From Arenicellales bacterium (GTDB taxonomy: Bacteria; Pseudomonadota; Gammaproteobacteria; Arenicellales; JAJDZL01), in NCBI GenBank assembly GCA_963664525.1, contig OY761535.1, forward strand, positions 3,129,242-3,193,241: 64,000 nucleotides of DNA. The letters are read 5' to 3'. Position numbers and translations under genes: made by a program. Below are positions 48,408-58,896 of this stretch, one piece after another. The stretch's first letter is position 1. The number at the start of each line of letters is the position of its first letter. The notes under the pieces are model-generated. The model ran no database searches, was not told the DNA's origin, and saw only the letters and a program-made list of their open reading frames with translations.

Positions 48408-49133
48408 TCACATGGAAACTTCAACGGAGGCTATTGCTCCATTCCAGCCATGAACATCCGCGTCAAGAGCGGATCCTTCACCTGCACTGATTCCCGGGTG
48501 TCGGTCAACGCTGCCTTCCGCTGAAACTCCGGAGATTCCCGGGGCTTCCATATTTGCGGTACCACTGGGGTCGGCAGGAATGCCAGGCGTATTCGGTGCG
48601 CCTCCACCTGTGATTCTTTCATCATTGGCTTCGGTGCCTGCATCAATGGCGTACAGAAATTGCGCGCCGGCGTGCAAGTTGGCATTGTCCAGGGCGACAA
48701 ATCCGTCGTTGGTCGGTAAAATCATCGCAATGATGGAAATTCGGGTGTTTTCCTTTGAAAGTTTAAATGTCGTCAATTCGCCTGGTCCCAACAAGTCTCC
48801 TGCAGGATTCTTGATCACTTGCGCACCTGCGCTTTCAAACTGTGCGGCGAGTGGTTCGAAGTCACCGCCCTCGGCGAGTGCTTGCAGTTCGGGTGATGCC
48901 GCCTTGTCGTATGCAAACATTCTGGTTTGAAGGTTATTGTGCCCAACTGCAAGAATGGGCGTGAGATAAGAACCGGATGAAATGTTAGTAACGGTGATCG
49001 TGTATTGATCGGAATCTTTGTCCCAGAATTTAATCTTGGCAACCGTGCTTTTGAAGGAGTCTTTATTGATGGTTTGGCATCCGACCAAAGTGGCACTGAG
49101 CAAAATGGTCAGGAGGAGTACAAATTTTTTCAT
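48408..49133 (-). CDS. Spondin_N-domain lipoprotein
   Basis: Start set at ATG 49133 (MKKFVLLLTILLSATLVGC, a lipobox). The body (TITVTNISSGSYLTPILAVGHN..ILPTNDGFVALD) resembles bacterial spondin-N domain proteins. The longer track ORF adds 45 unlikely codons. Confidence 0.65.
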   Translation of the reverse strand: MKKFVLLLTILLSATLVGCQTINKDSFKSTVAKIKFWDKDSDQYTITVTNISSGSYLTPILAVGHNNLQTRMFAYDKAASPELQALAEGGDFEPLAAQFESAGAQVIKNPAGDLLGPGELTTFKLSKENTRISIIAMILPTNDGFVALDNANLHAGAQFLYAIDAGTEANDERITGGGAPNTPGIPADPSGTANMEAPGISGVSAEGSVDRHPGISAGEGSALDADVHGWNGAIASVEVSM

Positions 49134-49480
49134 GGCTGTCTCCCAAATTTCAGCGATAACGCGTTGAATCAGCAGATTCAAATAATATAACACGGCGAGG
49201 ACGAGTGTTCGCAACAGAATGAACGATCTATCGAGATTCGATTCACTCGTGAGCGCACGAAAAAACACAGTCTAGACTTTGACTGCCCAAAAGCAGTGAC
49301 ACATTGATTTTGCGCAAATCGTAACAATCGCTGACGAAAAATGTCACTGATGAGACAGACAATTTGGGATTCAATTGCTGTATGATAAAAAAATGACGTA
49401 GAGTTCACGTTAAACTTCAATTTGTTGTACGCAACAAATGGTACTCTTGGCATTAAATTTTTAGAATAAGGGAGAAATTA

Positions 49481-50866
49481 ATGAAAAAAATTGTTGCTTT
49501 TGCATTGGCTTTTGCATTGCCGATGTTTGCTATGGCACCTGTTCAAGCCGATGAAACTTGCATGTCGCCTTATATTGCGAAAATTACAGGGCAAGAAGAT
49601 TATGTCTATGTTTGGACACTCGGTGTAGAAGGTATCGGAGACGAGCAAGATAAACTCGTAACGATTGGCGCCAATCCAGCGGCCGACAACTATGGTAAAG
49701 TTGTCCATGTTCTTTCAGTAGGCGGTCGCAACGAAGCGCATCACTCGGGTCTGAGTGATGACCGAAGGTTTCTTTGGGCTGGTGGACTGGATACGAACAA
49801 AATCTTTATTTTCGATATCCACAGCGATCCTGCCGCCCCCACAATATCCAAAGTGATCACTGATTTTGCAGATGCAACGGGTGGTCTCGTTGGACCTCAC
49901 ACATTTTATGCCTTACCGGGTCGAATGATGGTTACCGCGCTGTCCAACAATATTGATGGCGGCGGACGAACAGGAATGGCCGAATACAACAATGAAGGCG
50001 AGTACATTTCGACACACTGGATTCCGACTGACGAGGACCTGCGCGGTGCAACGAAGTCCGGTCAGTTCGCTGATGGATATGGTTATGACGTTCGCGTGAA
50101 AGCAGACAGCAACATTATGCTGACCTCCTCATTCACGGGTTGGTCAAATTACATGATGGATTTTGGTGCCATGCTCAGTTCTCCAGAAGCCATGCAGCGT
50201 TTTGGCAATACCATGGTCGTCTGGGACATGCATGCGCGCACACCGCTCAAAGTACTCGACGTGCCAGGCGTGCCGCTGGAAATTCGCTGTGCCTGGGACC
50301 CGGCGAATAAATACTGTTTCACCAGTACCGCTCTGACTTCGCAAATTTGGCTGATCTATGAAGACGATTCTGGCGAGTGGCAGGCCAAAGCTGTTGCAGA
50401 CATTGGCAATCCCGCTGACGTTCCACTGCCGGTTGATATTTCCATTACCGCAGACGACAAAGGTCTTTGGGTAGATACGTTCCTGGAAGGAAAAGCGCGT
50501 TATTTTGACATTTCTGACCCGCATGCACCCAAACAGGTTTACGAGGAAGTGATTGGTAGTCAGATCAACATGGTCTCACAAAGTTGGGATGGCGAGCGCG
50601 TGTACTTTTCAAGTTCTCTGCTAGGAAACTGGGACAAGACGGGCGATGCTGATGAGCAGTACGTCAAACTTTACCATTGGGATGGCGAGAAACTCGAACA
50701 TCAATGGTCCATTGATTTTTACGAACATGGTCTTGGGCGTGCGCATCAGATGCGTTTTGGCGCTTATGCCATGTACGGCAAGCTCAATCCATATATCGAA
50801 GGCGTTCAATCAGTGGAAAAACAAGGCACCGATGAACCCGCACTTCTCGTTCAGTCGGACGGTTAA
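49481..50866 (+). CDS. mtoX: Selenium-binding protein (SBP56) family; putative methanethiol oxidase
   Basis: Signal peptide (..MFAMAPVQA), then DYVYVWTLG..DKLVTIGANPAADNYGKVVHVLSVGGRNEAHHSG..IFIFDIHSDPAAP, which is typical of SBP56. SCO1 and MauG-like genes follow. Confidence 0.82.
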   Translation: MKKIVAFALAFALPMFAMAPVQADETCMSPYIAKITGQEDYVYVWTLGVEGIGDEQDKLVTIGANPAADNYGKVVHVLSVGGRNEAHHSGLSDDRRFLWAGGLDTNKIFIFDIHSDPAAPTISKVITDFADATGGLVGPHTFYALPGRMMVTALSNNIDGGGRTGMAEYNNEGEYISTHWIPTDEDLRGATKSGQFADGYGYDVRVKADSNIMLTSSFTGWSNYMMDFGAMLSSPEAMQRFGNTMVVWDMHARTPLKVLDVPGVPLEIRCAWDPANKYCFTSTALTSQIWLIYEDDSGEWQAKAVADIGNPADVPLPVDISITADDKGLWVDTFLEGKARYFDISDPHAPKQVYEEVIGSQINMVSQSWDGERVYFSSSLLGNWDKTGDADEQYVKLYHWDGEKLEHQWSIDFYEHGLGRAHQMRFGAYAMYGKLNPYIEGVQSVEKQGTDEPALLVQSDG

Positions 50867-50884
50867 TTTGCTCTGACTTCCAAA

Positions 50885-51634
50885 GTGGATTCTGAACTGG
50901 CGCAGCCAAAGGTGAAAAACGTAGTAAGTTCATTTTTTGCCCGGCTTTGTCCTACGTTCGTGGCTGTGGTGGCTGCAGTGTGCTTTTGCGCTGTAGTTTC
51001 GGCCAACGCGTCGGCAAAAAGCCAGTTCAGGGCACCGGGTTGGGGTGAACTCTCATACGAACCACCAGCGCCCGGAACATACGAGTTGCCCACAATCAAG
51101 CTGGCTGTTGACGGAGAGGTGTTGACCAGCGACAACTCTCCGTCTCGCCTTTTTGATTTAATGTCGGATCGATTCGTACTGTTGAGTTTCATTTTCACAC
51201 GTTGTACCGACGGCAATGGCTGTCCACTGGCCAACGCAGTGTTGCATAAAGTACAGGCTCGCCTGAACAAGCGTTCAGATCTGGCCGATAAAGTCTCGTT
51301 GCTGACCATTTCCTTTGATCCAGAGTTTGATGTTCCCGAAAGGCTCGCTACGCTTAAGGATATCTATAGTTCTGGACCCGTCAATTGGAACTTCTTAACG
51401 ACGAAGGATCAGCAATCCTTGCAGCCGCTTCTTGATGGTTATGGACAATTTCCAGTACGCTTCGAACATGAAGGTGCCCATGGTGAGGGGGTTGTCGAGT
51501 ACATTCATTTGCTGCGTGTCTACCTCATTGACCTCAACAAACAGATTCGAAATATTTACAGCGTTGCTTTTTTACATCCGGATATTTTGATGAATGATCT
51601 TGAGACTTTAATTTTGGAGTTGCCTGCAAAGTAG
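50885..51634 (+). CDS. SCO1/SenC-family copper chaperone-like protein
   Basis: Thioredoxin-fold SCO pattern FVLLSFIFTRCTDGNGCP...ISFDPEFD...H(L)LRVYLID. The Cys spacing is Cx5CP rather than the usual Cx3CP. GTG start with an N-terminal signal/anchor. Confidence 0.75.
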   Translation: MDSELAQPKVKNVVSSFFARLCPTFVAVVAAVCFCAVVSANASAKSQFRAPGWGELSYEPPAPGTYELPTIKLAVDGEVLTSDNSPSRLFDLMSDRFVLLSFIFTRCTDGNGCPLANAVLHKVQARLNKRSDLADKVSLLTISFDPEFDVPERLATLKDIYSSGPVNWNFLTTKDQQSLQPLLDGYGQFPVRFEHEGAHGEGVVEYIHLLRVYLIDLNKQIRNIYSVAFLHPDILMNDLETLILELPAK

Positions 51635-51643
51635 CAGTTGTCT

Positions 51644-53011
51644 ATGTGGCACCTGTCACGAGTCTTCAATGCTGTTGCCATGTTCGGCTGGCTGGCCGTC
51701 CTGGTTTTTGGAACGCCTGCATTCGGGCAAACCAGTGGTGCTCTCGGAGCGGGCGAGAGTTTTGATGTCAGCCAGGCATACGGTCCTGGAGATGTCAAGG
51801 AAGGCTATGAGAGCGCAGACTACCAGACACAGTCGCGAAGTTTGCTTAGCCGTAGAGGCACCAAGCAAGATTTAATTCAATTTGTTGAAAACCCGCCAAT
51901 GGGATTACCGCCGGTATCCACCCCTGCCGACAACCCCATAACCCGCGCCAAGATTGATCTTGGCCGCCAGTTGTTCTTTGATCGACGTCTGTCGATCAAT
52001 AACACGGTGTCGTGCGCAAGCTGTCATATACCGGAACAGGGCTTTACGAATAACGAAATCAGTACAGCAGTCGGTGTTGAAGGTCGATTGGTGATCCGCA
52101 ATGCCCCCACGCTCTACAACGTGGCTTTTTTGCAGCATATTTTCCTGGATGGGCGAGAAACCAGTCTTGAAAACCAGGTCTGGCAGCCCATCACCGCACG
52201 CAACGAAATGGCCGCACCTTCAATTGGATATGTGATCAACAAGATCAAACGCATCCGCGATTATGATGGCCTGTTTGAAGCTGCGTTTGACGGCCGCTCA
52301 GCAGACATCGCCACGATTGGATATGCACTGGCCAGCTACCAGCGAACCTTGCTGTCTGCAGACTCGCCATTTGATCAATGGTATTTTGGGAAAAATGATC
52401 ACGCAATCAGCGAGTCAGCCAAACGCGGTTTTAAGGTTTTCGTTGGTAAGGGACAATGTGCGATTTGCCACCGAATCAATCAGGGACATGCCCTTTTCCT
52501 TGACCATCAGTTTCATAACACCGGCATTGGGTACGCAGTTTCTTCCGGGAAGACGCCTTCTCAAATCAGGAAAAAAACACGTGTCCAGCTTGCCCCCGGG
52601 GTATTTGTTGACGTGCCCAATCAAGTTATTCAATCGGTGTCAAGAATTGACAGTTTTAACGACCTTGGCTTGTATCGAATTACGGAAAACCCGGCCGACC
52701 GGTGGAAGTTTCGCACGCCGAGCCTACGCAATGTTGCCCTGACAGCGCCTTATATGCACAACGGCCAACTCGCAAAGCTGCGTGATGTGATTGAGTTCTA
52801 CGATCAAGGCGGTGTGCCCAATGAACTGTTGTCGCCGTTTATTCGACCTCTTGGGCTGACGGAGAAGGAGAAGTTAGATCTGCAGGAATTTCTAGAATCA
52901 TTGACCGGAGACAATGTGCCGGACATCGTCGCTGATTCATTTGCCGCACAGATCGGAGAACTCGGTGTTGAGGACCCCAATTGGGCCCATCAGAATACAT
53001 TGGGTTATTGA
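51644..53011 (+). CDS. Di-haem cytochrome c peroxidase / MauG-family protein
   Basis: Two haem c sites (CASCH, CAICH), a signal peptide (..VFGTPAFGQ), and FRTPSLRNVALTAPYMHNG, typical of CCP/MauG. Confidence 0.88.
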   Translation: MWHLSRVFNAVAMFGWLAVLVFGTPAFGQTSGALGAGESFDVSQAYGPGDVKEGYESADYQTQSRSLLSRRGTKQDLIQFVENPPMGLPPVSTPADNPITRAKIDLGRQLFFDRRLSINNTVSCASCHIPEQGFTNNEISTAVGVEGRLVIRNAPTLYNVAFLQHIFLDGRETSLENQVWQPITARNEMAAPSIGYVINKIKRIRDYDGLFEAAFDGRSADIATIGYALASYQRTLLSADSPFDQWYFGKNDHAISESAKRGFKVFVGKGQCAICHRINQGHALFLDHQFHNTGIGYAVSSGKTPSQIRKKTRVQLAPGVFVDVPNQVIQSVSRIDSFNDLGLYRITENPADRWKFRTPSLRNVALTAPYMHNGQLAKLRDVIEFYDQGGVPNELLSPFIRPLGLTEKEKLDLQEFLESLTGDNVPDIVADSFAAQIGELGVEDPNWAHQNTLGY

Positions 53012-53280
53012 TGATTTCACCCAATTTCGAGCACAAATATGATTTTGCCGCTCAGAATTTTTTTGTTTTTGCCAAGTATCACTTTCCAAGTCGATTTTGT
53101 GTGGAAATCGTATTCAAAAAATGGTAATATTTCACCCAACATGATCGATTTGGGTGCACAATACCGTGTTGCATTCTCCAAGGGCATTTTCAAGAGGCAC
53201 TGGAGTTAATGCAACTTTTTTTGTGTAAACGCACCTAAACCTACAATCCAATTGGGATACTTTCCCTGGGACTCAAATAT

Positions 53281-53487
53281 ATGTACGAGAATCAATCAGA
53301 GGATATTCAACAAAAAATAGAAAAACTAAAAACCGAACATCGGGACCTTGACGATGTTCTGCAACGGCTGGCGGACGATCGCAGCACGGATGAACTGCAA
53401 ATTCGCCGCTTAAAGAAACGGAAATTGCAACTCAAGGACTCCATCGCATTGCTGGAAAGCCAGGCATTACCGGACATTTCTGCCTGA
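53281..53487 (+). CDS. DUF465 (YdcH-like) small coiled-coil protein
   Basis: 68 aa: KLKTEHRDLDD.......D..IRRLKKRKLQLKD is the DUF465 signature. Confidence 0.7.
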   Translation: MYENQSEDIQQKIEKLKTEHRDLDDVLQRLADDRSTDELQIRRLKKRKLQLKDSIALLESQALPDISA

Positions 53488-53506
53488 ACAAACGATTCAA
53501 TCGCTT

Positions 53507-53529
53507 CCACTCGTGCCTCGGCACGGTGG
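53507..53529. terminator. GC-rich hairpin between convergent DUF465 gene and ahcY (possible bidirectional terminator)
   Basis: CCAC(T)CGTG / CACGGTGG stem, 8-9 bp with a one-nt bulge and a short loop. Neither side has a clear U-tract, so function is uncertain. Confidence 0.35.
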
Positions 53530-53545
53530 AATCCGAGTTTATGAA

Positions 53546-54856
53546 TCAGTACCGATAGTAATCCGGTTTAAATGGCCCTGCGACGGGTACGCCAATGTAT
53601 TTAGCCTGTTCTTCGGTCAAGCGAGTCAATTTTGCGCCGACTTTCTCCAAGTGCAATTGCGCCACTTCTTCATCTAGAGTTTTTGGCAAAACGTACACTT
53701 CGTGGCGATAATTATCTGAATGATTCCACAACTCAATTTGCGCGAGCACCTGGTTGGTGAATGAGTTTGACATGACAAAACTCGGATGCCCCGTGGCGCA
53801 TCCTAGATTCACGAGGCGTCCTTCCGCGAGCAGTATCAGCCGTTTGCCGTCTGGAAAGATGACATGATCGACCTGTGGCTTGATATTCTCCCACTCCAGT
53901 TTGCGCAATGATTCGACATCAATTTCACCGTCAAAGTGTCCAATGTTACAAACGATGGCCTGATCTTTCATCGATCGCATATGGTCCATCGTGATGACGT
54001 GCCAGTTGCCGGTTGCTGTGACAAAGATATCTGCGACAGGCGCTGCTTCTTCCATGGTTGTGACTCGATAGCCTTCCATTGATGCCTGCAAAGCGCAAAT
54101 CGGATCGATCTCCGTAACCAGCACATTCGCTCCCTGGCCGCGCAGTGACTGGGCACAGCCCTTACCGACATCACCATAGCCACACACCACTGCGACCTTG
54201 CCGGCGATCATCACATCGGTCGCGCGTTTGATGCCATCGAGCAAGGATTCCCGGCAGCCGTACAGGTTGTCGAATTTACTTTTGGTTACCGAATCATTGA
54301 CATTGAATGCCGGGCATAGCAATAGTCCTTGTGCCATCATCTCGTAAAGTCGATGAACGCCCGTTGTTGTCTCCTCAGTCAGTCCTTTCACTTCATTCAT
54401 AAGATCCGGGTACTTTTCGTGTAACACCACTGTAAGGTCTCCACCATCATCCAGCAGCATGTTTGGTCGCCAGTTATCGGGACCGAAAATCGTTTGGTCA
54501 ATGCACCACCAATATTCTTGCTCTGTTTCGCCTTTCCATGCAAATACCGGCGTGCCAGCCGCGGCAACAGCCGCAGCTGCATGATCTTGTGTTGAAAAAA
54601 TATTGCATGATGACCAGCGTACCTCAGCACCAAGTTCCTGTAAAGTTTCAATCAGCACGGCCGTTTGAATCGTCATGTGCAGACAGCCTGCAATGCGAGC
54701 ACCTGCGAGCGGCTTTTCGGCGGAATACTTACGACGCAGAGCCATCAGTCCTGGCATTTCGGTTTCGGCAATGGCAATCTCCTTGCGGCCCCAAGTGGCC
54801 AGGTCCATATCGGCAACTTTGTAGTTGCAGCTTACGGTTTTCAGTGCTGTCGGCAT
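53546..54856 (-). CDS. ahcY: Adenosylhomocysteinase
   Basis: [26 protein letters not shown] and NAD site [13 protein letters not shown]; 436 aa. Confidence 0.95.
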   Translation of the reverse strand: MPTALKTVSCNYKVADMDLATWGRKEIAIAETEMPGLMALRRKYSAEKPLAGARIAGCLHMTIQTAVLIETLQELGAEVRWSSCNIFSTQDHAAAAVAAAGTPVFAWKGETEQEYWWCIDQTIFGPDNWRPNMLLDDGGDLTVVLHEKYPDLMNEVKGLTEETTTGVHRLYEMMAQGLLLCPAFNVNDSVTKSKFDNLYGCRESLLDGIKRATDVMIAGKVAVVCGYGDVGKGCAQSLRGQGANVLVTEIDPICALQASMEGYRVTTMEEAAPVADIFVTATGNWHVITMDHMRSMKDQAIVCNIGHFDGEIDVESLRKLEWENIKPQVDHVIFPDGKRLILLAEGRLVNLGCATGHPSFVMSNSFTNQVLAQIELWNHSDNYRHEVYVLPKTLDEEVAQLHLEKVGAKLTRLTEEQAKYIGVPVAGPFKPDYYRY

Positions 54857-54901
54857 TTTGTCTGACCCATGTAGTAAAAGAACTTAAATGTGAGATGGGT
54901 T

Positions 54902-56101
54902 TTAAGTTGCCGCATCAAGCAGGGCGTCAACTTTGTCGGTGCGTTCCCACGAGAAACTGTCCTCGGTGCGTCCGAAGTGCCCGTAGGCGGCAGTCGCCTT
55001 GTAAATGGGCTGCAGTAGTTTGAGACTGTCAATGATGTGCTTTGGCTGCAAATCGAACACTTTGTCGACAATTTGGGCGAGTCTGCCATCATCAAGTCCG
55101 GATTTAGCGGTACCGAAACTGTTAACCATCATCGAGACTGGTTTCGCCACCCCGATCGCATAAGCGATCTGAATTTCACAGCGTTTGGCGAGCCCGGCTT
55201 TGACCAGGTTTTTAGCCACGTGACGTGCAGCATAGGTGGCGGAACGATCGACTTTTGACGGATCCTTTCCGGAAAATGCACCACCACCGTGTCGCGCCAT
55301 CCCACCGTAGGTGTCGACAATGATTTTACGGCCAGTGAGTCCACAATCAGCTTTTGGACCGCCTTCGATGAATTGACCTGTCGGATTGATCAATATGTTC
55401 TCCCTTTGCGCAGGCATCAAGCTTTCTCCGATAACGGGTTTGATGATTTCTTCGATGACACCTTCCTCGATGGTGCTGCGACCAACAGCTTCATCGTGCT
55501 GAGTTGAGACAACGATTTTGGAGATGGAGACAGGCTTGTCATCTTGGTAAACCACGCTGACTTGTGCTTTTGCATCCGGCCCTAGCCAGTTCAGTATTCC
55601 GTCTTTTCGCATCTTTGCCTGGCGTTGCATCAAGCGATGGGCGTATGTGATGGGCCATGGCATCAGCACATCGGTTTCGTCGCAGGCGTAACCAAACATC
55701 AGACCCTGGTCGCCGGCCCCCTGTTCTTTGTCTTCTCCCTCGCCTTCATTGACACCTTGGGCAATATCAGGCGACTGTTCGTTGAGCAGGTTGGTGAAGT
55801 TGATGGTATTCCAGTTAAATCCGCGTGCATCGCTGTCATAGCCAATCTCCCGGATGGTCTCTCGTACGAGATCCTCGTAATCGATGTTGCTGGCCTGGGT
55901 ACTAATTTCACCCGCGATCAGTGCATGATGGACCGGCTTCGCGTTGCTTTGTACCGACTTTACCATCGTTTCGCAGCCCGCTCGGCTGTTGGGGTCTTTT
56001 TTTATGAGTGCATCCAGAATGGCATCAGAAATTTGATCAGCCATTTTGTCAGGGTGTCCCTCCGAAACAGACTCAGAGGTAAAAATATAACTACTCGACA
56101 T
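54902..56101 (-). CDS. metK: S-adenosylmethionine synthetase
   Basis: [25 protein letters not shown] and [16 protein letters not shown]. Start set at ATG 56101 (MSSSYIF..). Confidence 0.95.
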   Translation of the reverse strand: MSSSYIFTSESVSEGHPDKMADQISDAILDALIKKDPNSRAGCETMVKSVQSNAKPVHHALIAGEISTQASNIDYEDLVRETIREIGYDSDARGFNWNTINFTNLLNEQSPDIAQGVNEGEGEDKEQGAGDQGLMFGYACDETDVLMPWPITYAHRLMQRQAKMRKDGILNWLGPDAKAQVSVVYQDDKPVSISKIVVSTQHDEAVGRSTIEEGVIEEIIKPVIGESLMPAQRENILINPTGQFIEGGPKADCGLTGRKIIVDTYGGMARHGGGAFSGKDPSKVDRSATYAARHVAKNLVKAGLAKRCEIQIAYAIGVAKPVSMMVNSFGTAKSGLDDGRLAQIVDKVFDLQPKHIIDSLKLLQPIYKATAAYGHFGRTEDSFSWERTDKVDALLDAAT

Positions 56102-56471
56102 TTGAACAAATCCGTTCGGCAAATTGAGGGTATATATGGGAAATTCGCGACTTATTTTACCAGTTTCAATAAGTTCTGTGCTTCAATGGCAAATCAAATG
56201 ATGATCGGTTCGAATTGATGGACTGTTATCCATGGTGTAGGCTCTTCGGTATCGAATTTGATCTCGTTTCAGTCGGTGCGCCATTGCTCGTTGTTTTGAT
56301 AGAACGGGTCGCTCACCACAACAATCTTTCACTCCAATTTGCACCGCATGGCAATGTAGTTGTCGCTTTTGTACAAAGCAGCATTGAATTTGCCCTAAAT
56401 TAATCGACCAGGCTTAGCAGTAAAGAAGCTGTCGCCATTGCATCATTGGCGATGGCACCATGAATCGGAAG

Positions 56472-57464
56472 CTAACCATTTTGGGTTTTTGCCGTGATGT
56501 CGGCACCGTGTTTGATCAGTAGTATTGTGATTTCGACTTGATCATACCAGGCAGCCAAGTGCAGCGGGGTAGAGTCATTCTCGCTTATTGCGTTCACATC
56601 AGCACCGTATTGGATCAACACTTCAGCAGAATCGATTGCGTTGGTCAGTGCGGCCCAATGCAGTGGGGTGGCCTTGTATCGCTCTGTCGCACTGATGTCA
56701 GCGCCGCGTTTGATTAGCAACTGTACCATTGCTGTGCTGTCGTTTGCCACCGCCCAGTGCAATGATGTTTCCCCGTTGTCGGACTTGGCGTCAATGTCGG
56801 CTCCACTATCAATCAAGAGCGTTGCGACCTGCAGTGCGTCGGAGTATGCCGCCAGGTGTAAGGGCGTTAGTCTTGCTGAAGTTCTGGTATGAATGTCAGC
56901 GCCTTTGGCAATGGCCAGTTCTGCAGCAGCTTTCGAATGACTCAAAGCCGCCCAGTGCAGCGCAGTGTAGTTGGCTCTCGTATAGGTCTCACTATTGTCC
57001 GGTAAAGGCAAAGCCAGTTGTTCCTTTGTCTCAAGTAGCTTTACCATCAACTGATCGGAAAACTGTGCCCCGTCATTCTTGGTCCTGACATCAATATCCA
57101 AGCCTTGATCCAATAAATGCCCTAGCAATTCCGGGAGGTTTAAAACTGCTGCCCAGTGCAAATCGGTCCAACCGTTTTCATCGCCAGCATTGGCATCAGG
57201 ACAGCGTCCGATCAACTGAACAAACGTCGCAAGCGTTGCTTGCGTCATTCCGGCATTTTCAATCGAGTCTGGACACAGATTCGAGGAATTTGCGGTATCT
57301 GCCTGGGTGAGCGAACCTGTGAAAAATGCGAAAAGGAAAATCGCCCAGTGCAGGCAATGGAATTTTGCGTTTGACTGTTGGATTTCAGGTACCGCCATAG
57401 AAGCCTTTAGCGATTGCGTTTTAGCTAACTGCAAATGTGTAATTCTTATCAAGCTTTTGAGCAT
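56472..57464 (-). CDS. Ankyrin-repeat protein with a probable signal peptide
   Basis: At least six ANK repeats (TALHWAA..GADI.., TPLHLAA..GADIDA.., TSLHWAV.., TPLHWAA.., TPLHLAA..). A hydrophobic leader (HWAIFLFAFFTGSLTQA) follows M at 57398. The track ORF start (57620) overlaps ntrC and was trimmed to ATG 57464; 57398 is an alternative. Confidence 0.75.
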   Translation of the reverse strand: MLKSLIRITHLQLAKTQSLKASMAVPEIQQSNAKFHCLHWAIFLFAFFTGSLTQADTANSSNLCPDSIENAGMTQATLATFVQLIGRCPDANAGDENGWTDLHWAAVLNLPELLGHLLDQGLDIDVRTKNDGAQFSDQLMVKLLETKEQLALPLPDNSETYTRANYTALHWAALSHSKAAAELAIAKGADIHTRTSARLTPLHLAAYSDALQVATLLIDSGADIDAKSDNGETSLHWAVANDSTAMVQLLIKRGADISATERYKATPLHWAALTNAIDSAEVLIQYGADVNAISENDSTPLHLAAWYDQVEITILLIKHGADITAKTQNG

Positions 57465-57486
57465 TTTGTCGGCACAGGCCACGTAC

Positions 57487-58881
57487 TTAAAGCTCTTTGC
57501 TTTTGCGTGCAATCGTATTTCGTCCCCAACCCAGAATTTGAGCGGCTTTTTGTTTCGACCCGCTGGTATGTTCAAGTGTTGCTCGCAGCAGCGCTCGCTC
57601 AGTAATTTCTCTAAGCTCACCGTTATTGAGATCGTTGGACTGATTCAGCAGTTGTCTGATTGCCCCTTGTAACGTAGTTTCAGGATCAAGCGCTGTGTCA
57701 TCGGTTTTTTCATAGTGACCAAATACTTGTGGTAAATCGTCGAGCAAAACTGAATTCGAGGGAGTCATGGCAGTAACGGAACGGCAAAAGTTTTCAATTT
57801 CTCGCACATTGCCTGGCCAAGCATAAGAATCAAGGTATTGTGCGACTTGTTGAGACAGAGTCTTTGGACTGGTATCCAATTGTGTGGCCGCCTGTTTCAA
57901 AAAGTGGTCGATCAGCAAGGAAATATCTTCGCGTCGCGAACGAATTGGCATCAGCGCGATTCGAACGACATTCAAGCGATGATAAAGGTCAACTCGAAAC
58001 TTGTTCGCTTTGACAAGCTGTTCCAGGTCTTGATTGGTGGCGGCAATGATGCGAACATCGACTGTAATTTCGATGGTACCACCCACCCGGTAGAATTTCC
58101 CTTCAGACATGACCCGAAGCAATCGGCTTTGCAAATCATGTGGCATGTCTCCGATCTCGTCGAGAAACAAAGTGCCTTTATCTGCTTGTTCGAATCGACC
58201 GATCCGTCGTTGATTGGCACCGGTAAATGCTCCTTTTTCGTGTCCAAAAAGTTCAGATTCAAGCAGATCCGCGGGTATGGCGGCCGCGTTAATCGCGACG
58301 AAAATTCGGTCGCGACGAACGCTGTTTTCGTAAAGCGCCCGTGCGACCAGTTCTTTGCCGGTACCCGACTCGCCGGTAACAAGCACGTTAAGATCAGAGT
58401 TTGCCAGTCGCCCAATGGCGCGAAATAAGTCCTGCATCGCCGTTGAACGACCAATCATACGACTTGTTTGAATATTGTCCTGTGGCGTAATTTGGGGATA
58501 GTCGTTTGTCTCAGCGAGAACTCTTTGAACCAGGCAGATCGCATCATCGATGTCAAATGGTTTTGCAAGATGTTCTCTCGCACCGCGCTGGAAGGACTCC
58601 ACTGTTGTATCGAGATCAGAATACGCAGTCATCACGACCACTGGAAGATTTGGATTATCCTTGTGCACCACTTCAAGAAAATCGAATCCGCTTTGGCCAT
58701 TCATACGAATATCGGTGATAATCACCGCTGGCTTTTCATGCATGAATAATTCAAGCGCGTCTTCAGCACTGGCAAATTGTCGGGTATTGAGCCCCTCGTG
58801 CTTGAGTGCCTGCGCCAGCACCCAGCGTATCGACTCATCGTCGTCGACAACCCAGACAATCGCACCGTTTTGCTTGCTCAT
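57487..58881 (-). CDS. ntrC: Nitrogen regulation protein NtrC (sigma-54-dependent response regulator)
   Basis: Receiver (VWVVDDD..DIRM), AAA+ ([36 protein letters not shown]) and a Fis-type HTH ([15 protein letters not shown]). Confidence 0.93.
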   Translation of the reverse strand: MSKQNGAIVWVVDDDESIRWVLAQALKHEGLNTRQFASAEDALELFMHEKPAVIITDIRMNGQSGFDFLEVVHKDNPNLPVVVMTAYSDLDTTVESFQRGAREHLAKPFDIDDAICLVQRVLAETNDYPQITPQDNIQTSRMIGRSTAMQDLFRAIGRLANSDLNVLVTGESGTGKELVARALYENSVRRDRIFVAINAAAIPADLLESELFGHEKGAFTGANQRRIGRFEQADKGTLFLDEIGDMPHDLQSRLLRVMSEGKFYRVGGTIEITVDVRIIAATNQDLEQLVKANKFRVDLYHRLNVVRIALMPIRSRREDISLLIDHFLKQAATQLDTSPKTLSQQVAQYLDSYAWPGNVREIENFCRSVTAMTPSNSVLLDDLPQVFGHYEKTDDTALDPETTLQGAIRQLLNQSNDLNNGELREITERALLRATLEHTSGSKQKAAQILGWGRNTIARKSKEL

Positions 58882-58896
58882 TGGTCCTCGCGTGCA

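Noticed and set aside
53014-53156. Repeated 11-mer ATTTCACCCAA (53016 and 53128) and a CACCCAA/TTGGGTG hairpin downstream of the MauG-like gene
   Set aside because: An 11-nt repeat within about 120 nt is within chance expectation for a 64-kb window. The hairpin has no U-tract. No function can be supported.
56102-56470. Possible SAM/SAH riboswitch in the 370-nt metK leader (for example GGUGAGCGACCCGUUC...AAUGGCGCACC)
   Set aside because: There are only short resemblances to the SAH-riboswitch consensus (GAGCG / GGCGC(U)CAC), with mismatches in the putative P1. I cannot fold or score it by hand. It needs cmsearch (RF01057, RF00521, RF01826) before any claim.
57465-57620. N-terminal 52 codons of the ankyrin ORF as given in the ORF track
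   Set aside because: This part overlaps the 3' end of ntrC (stop at 57487) in another frame and precedes the hydrophobic leader. A downstream ATG (57464 or 57398) is more plausible.
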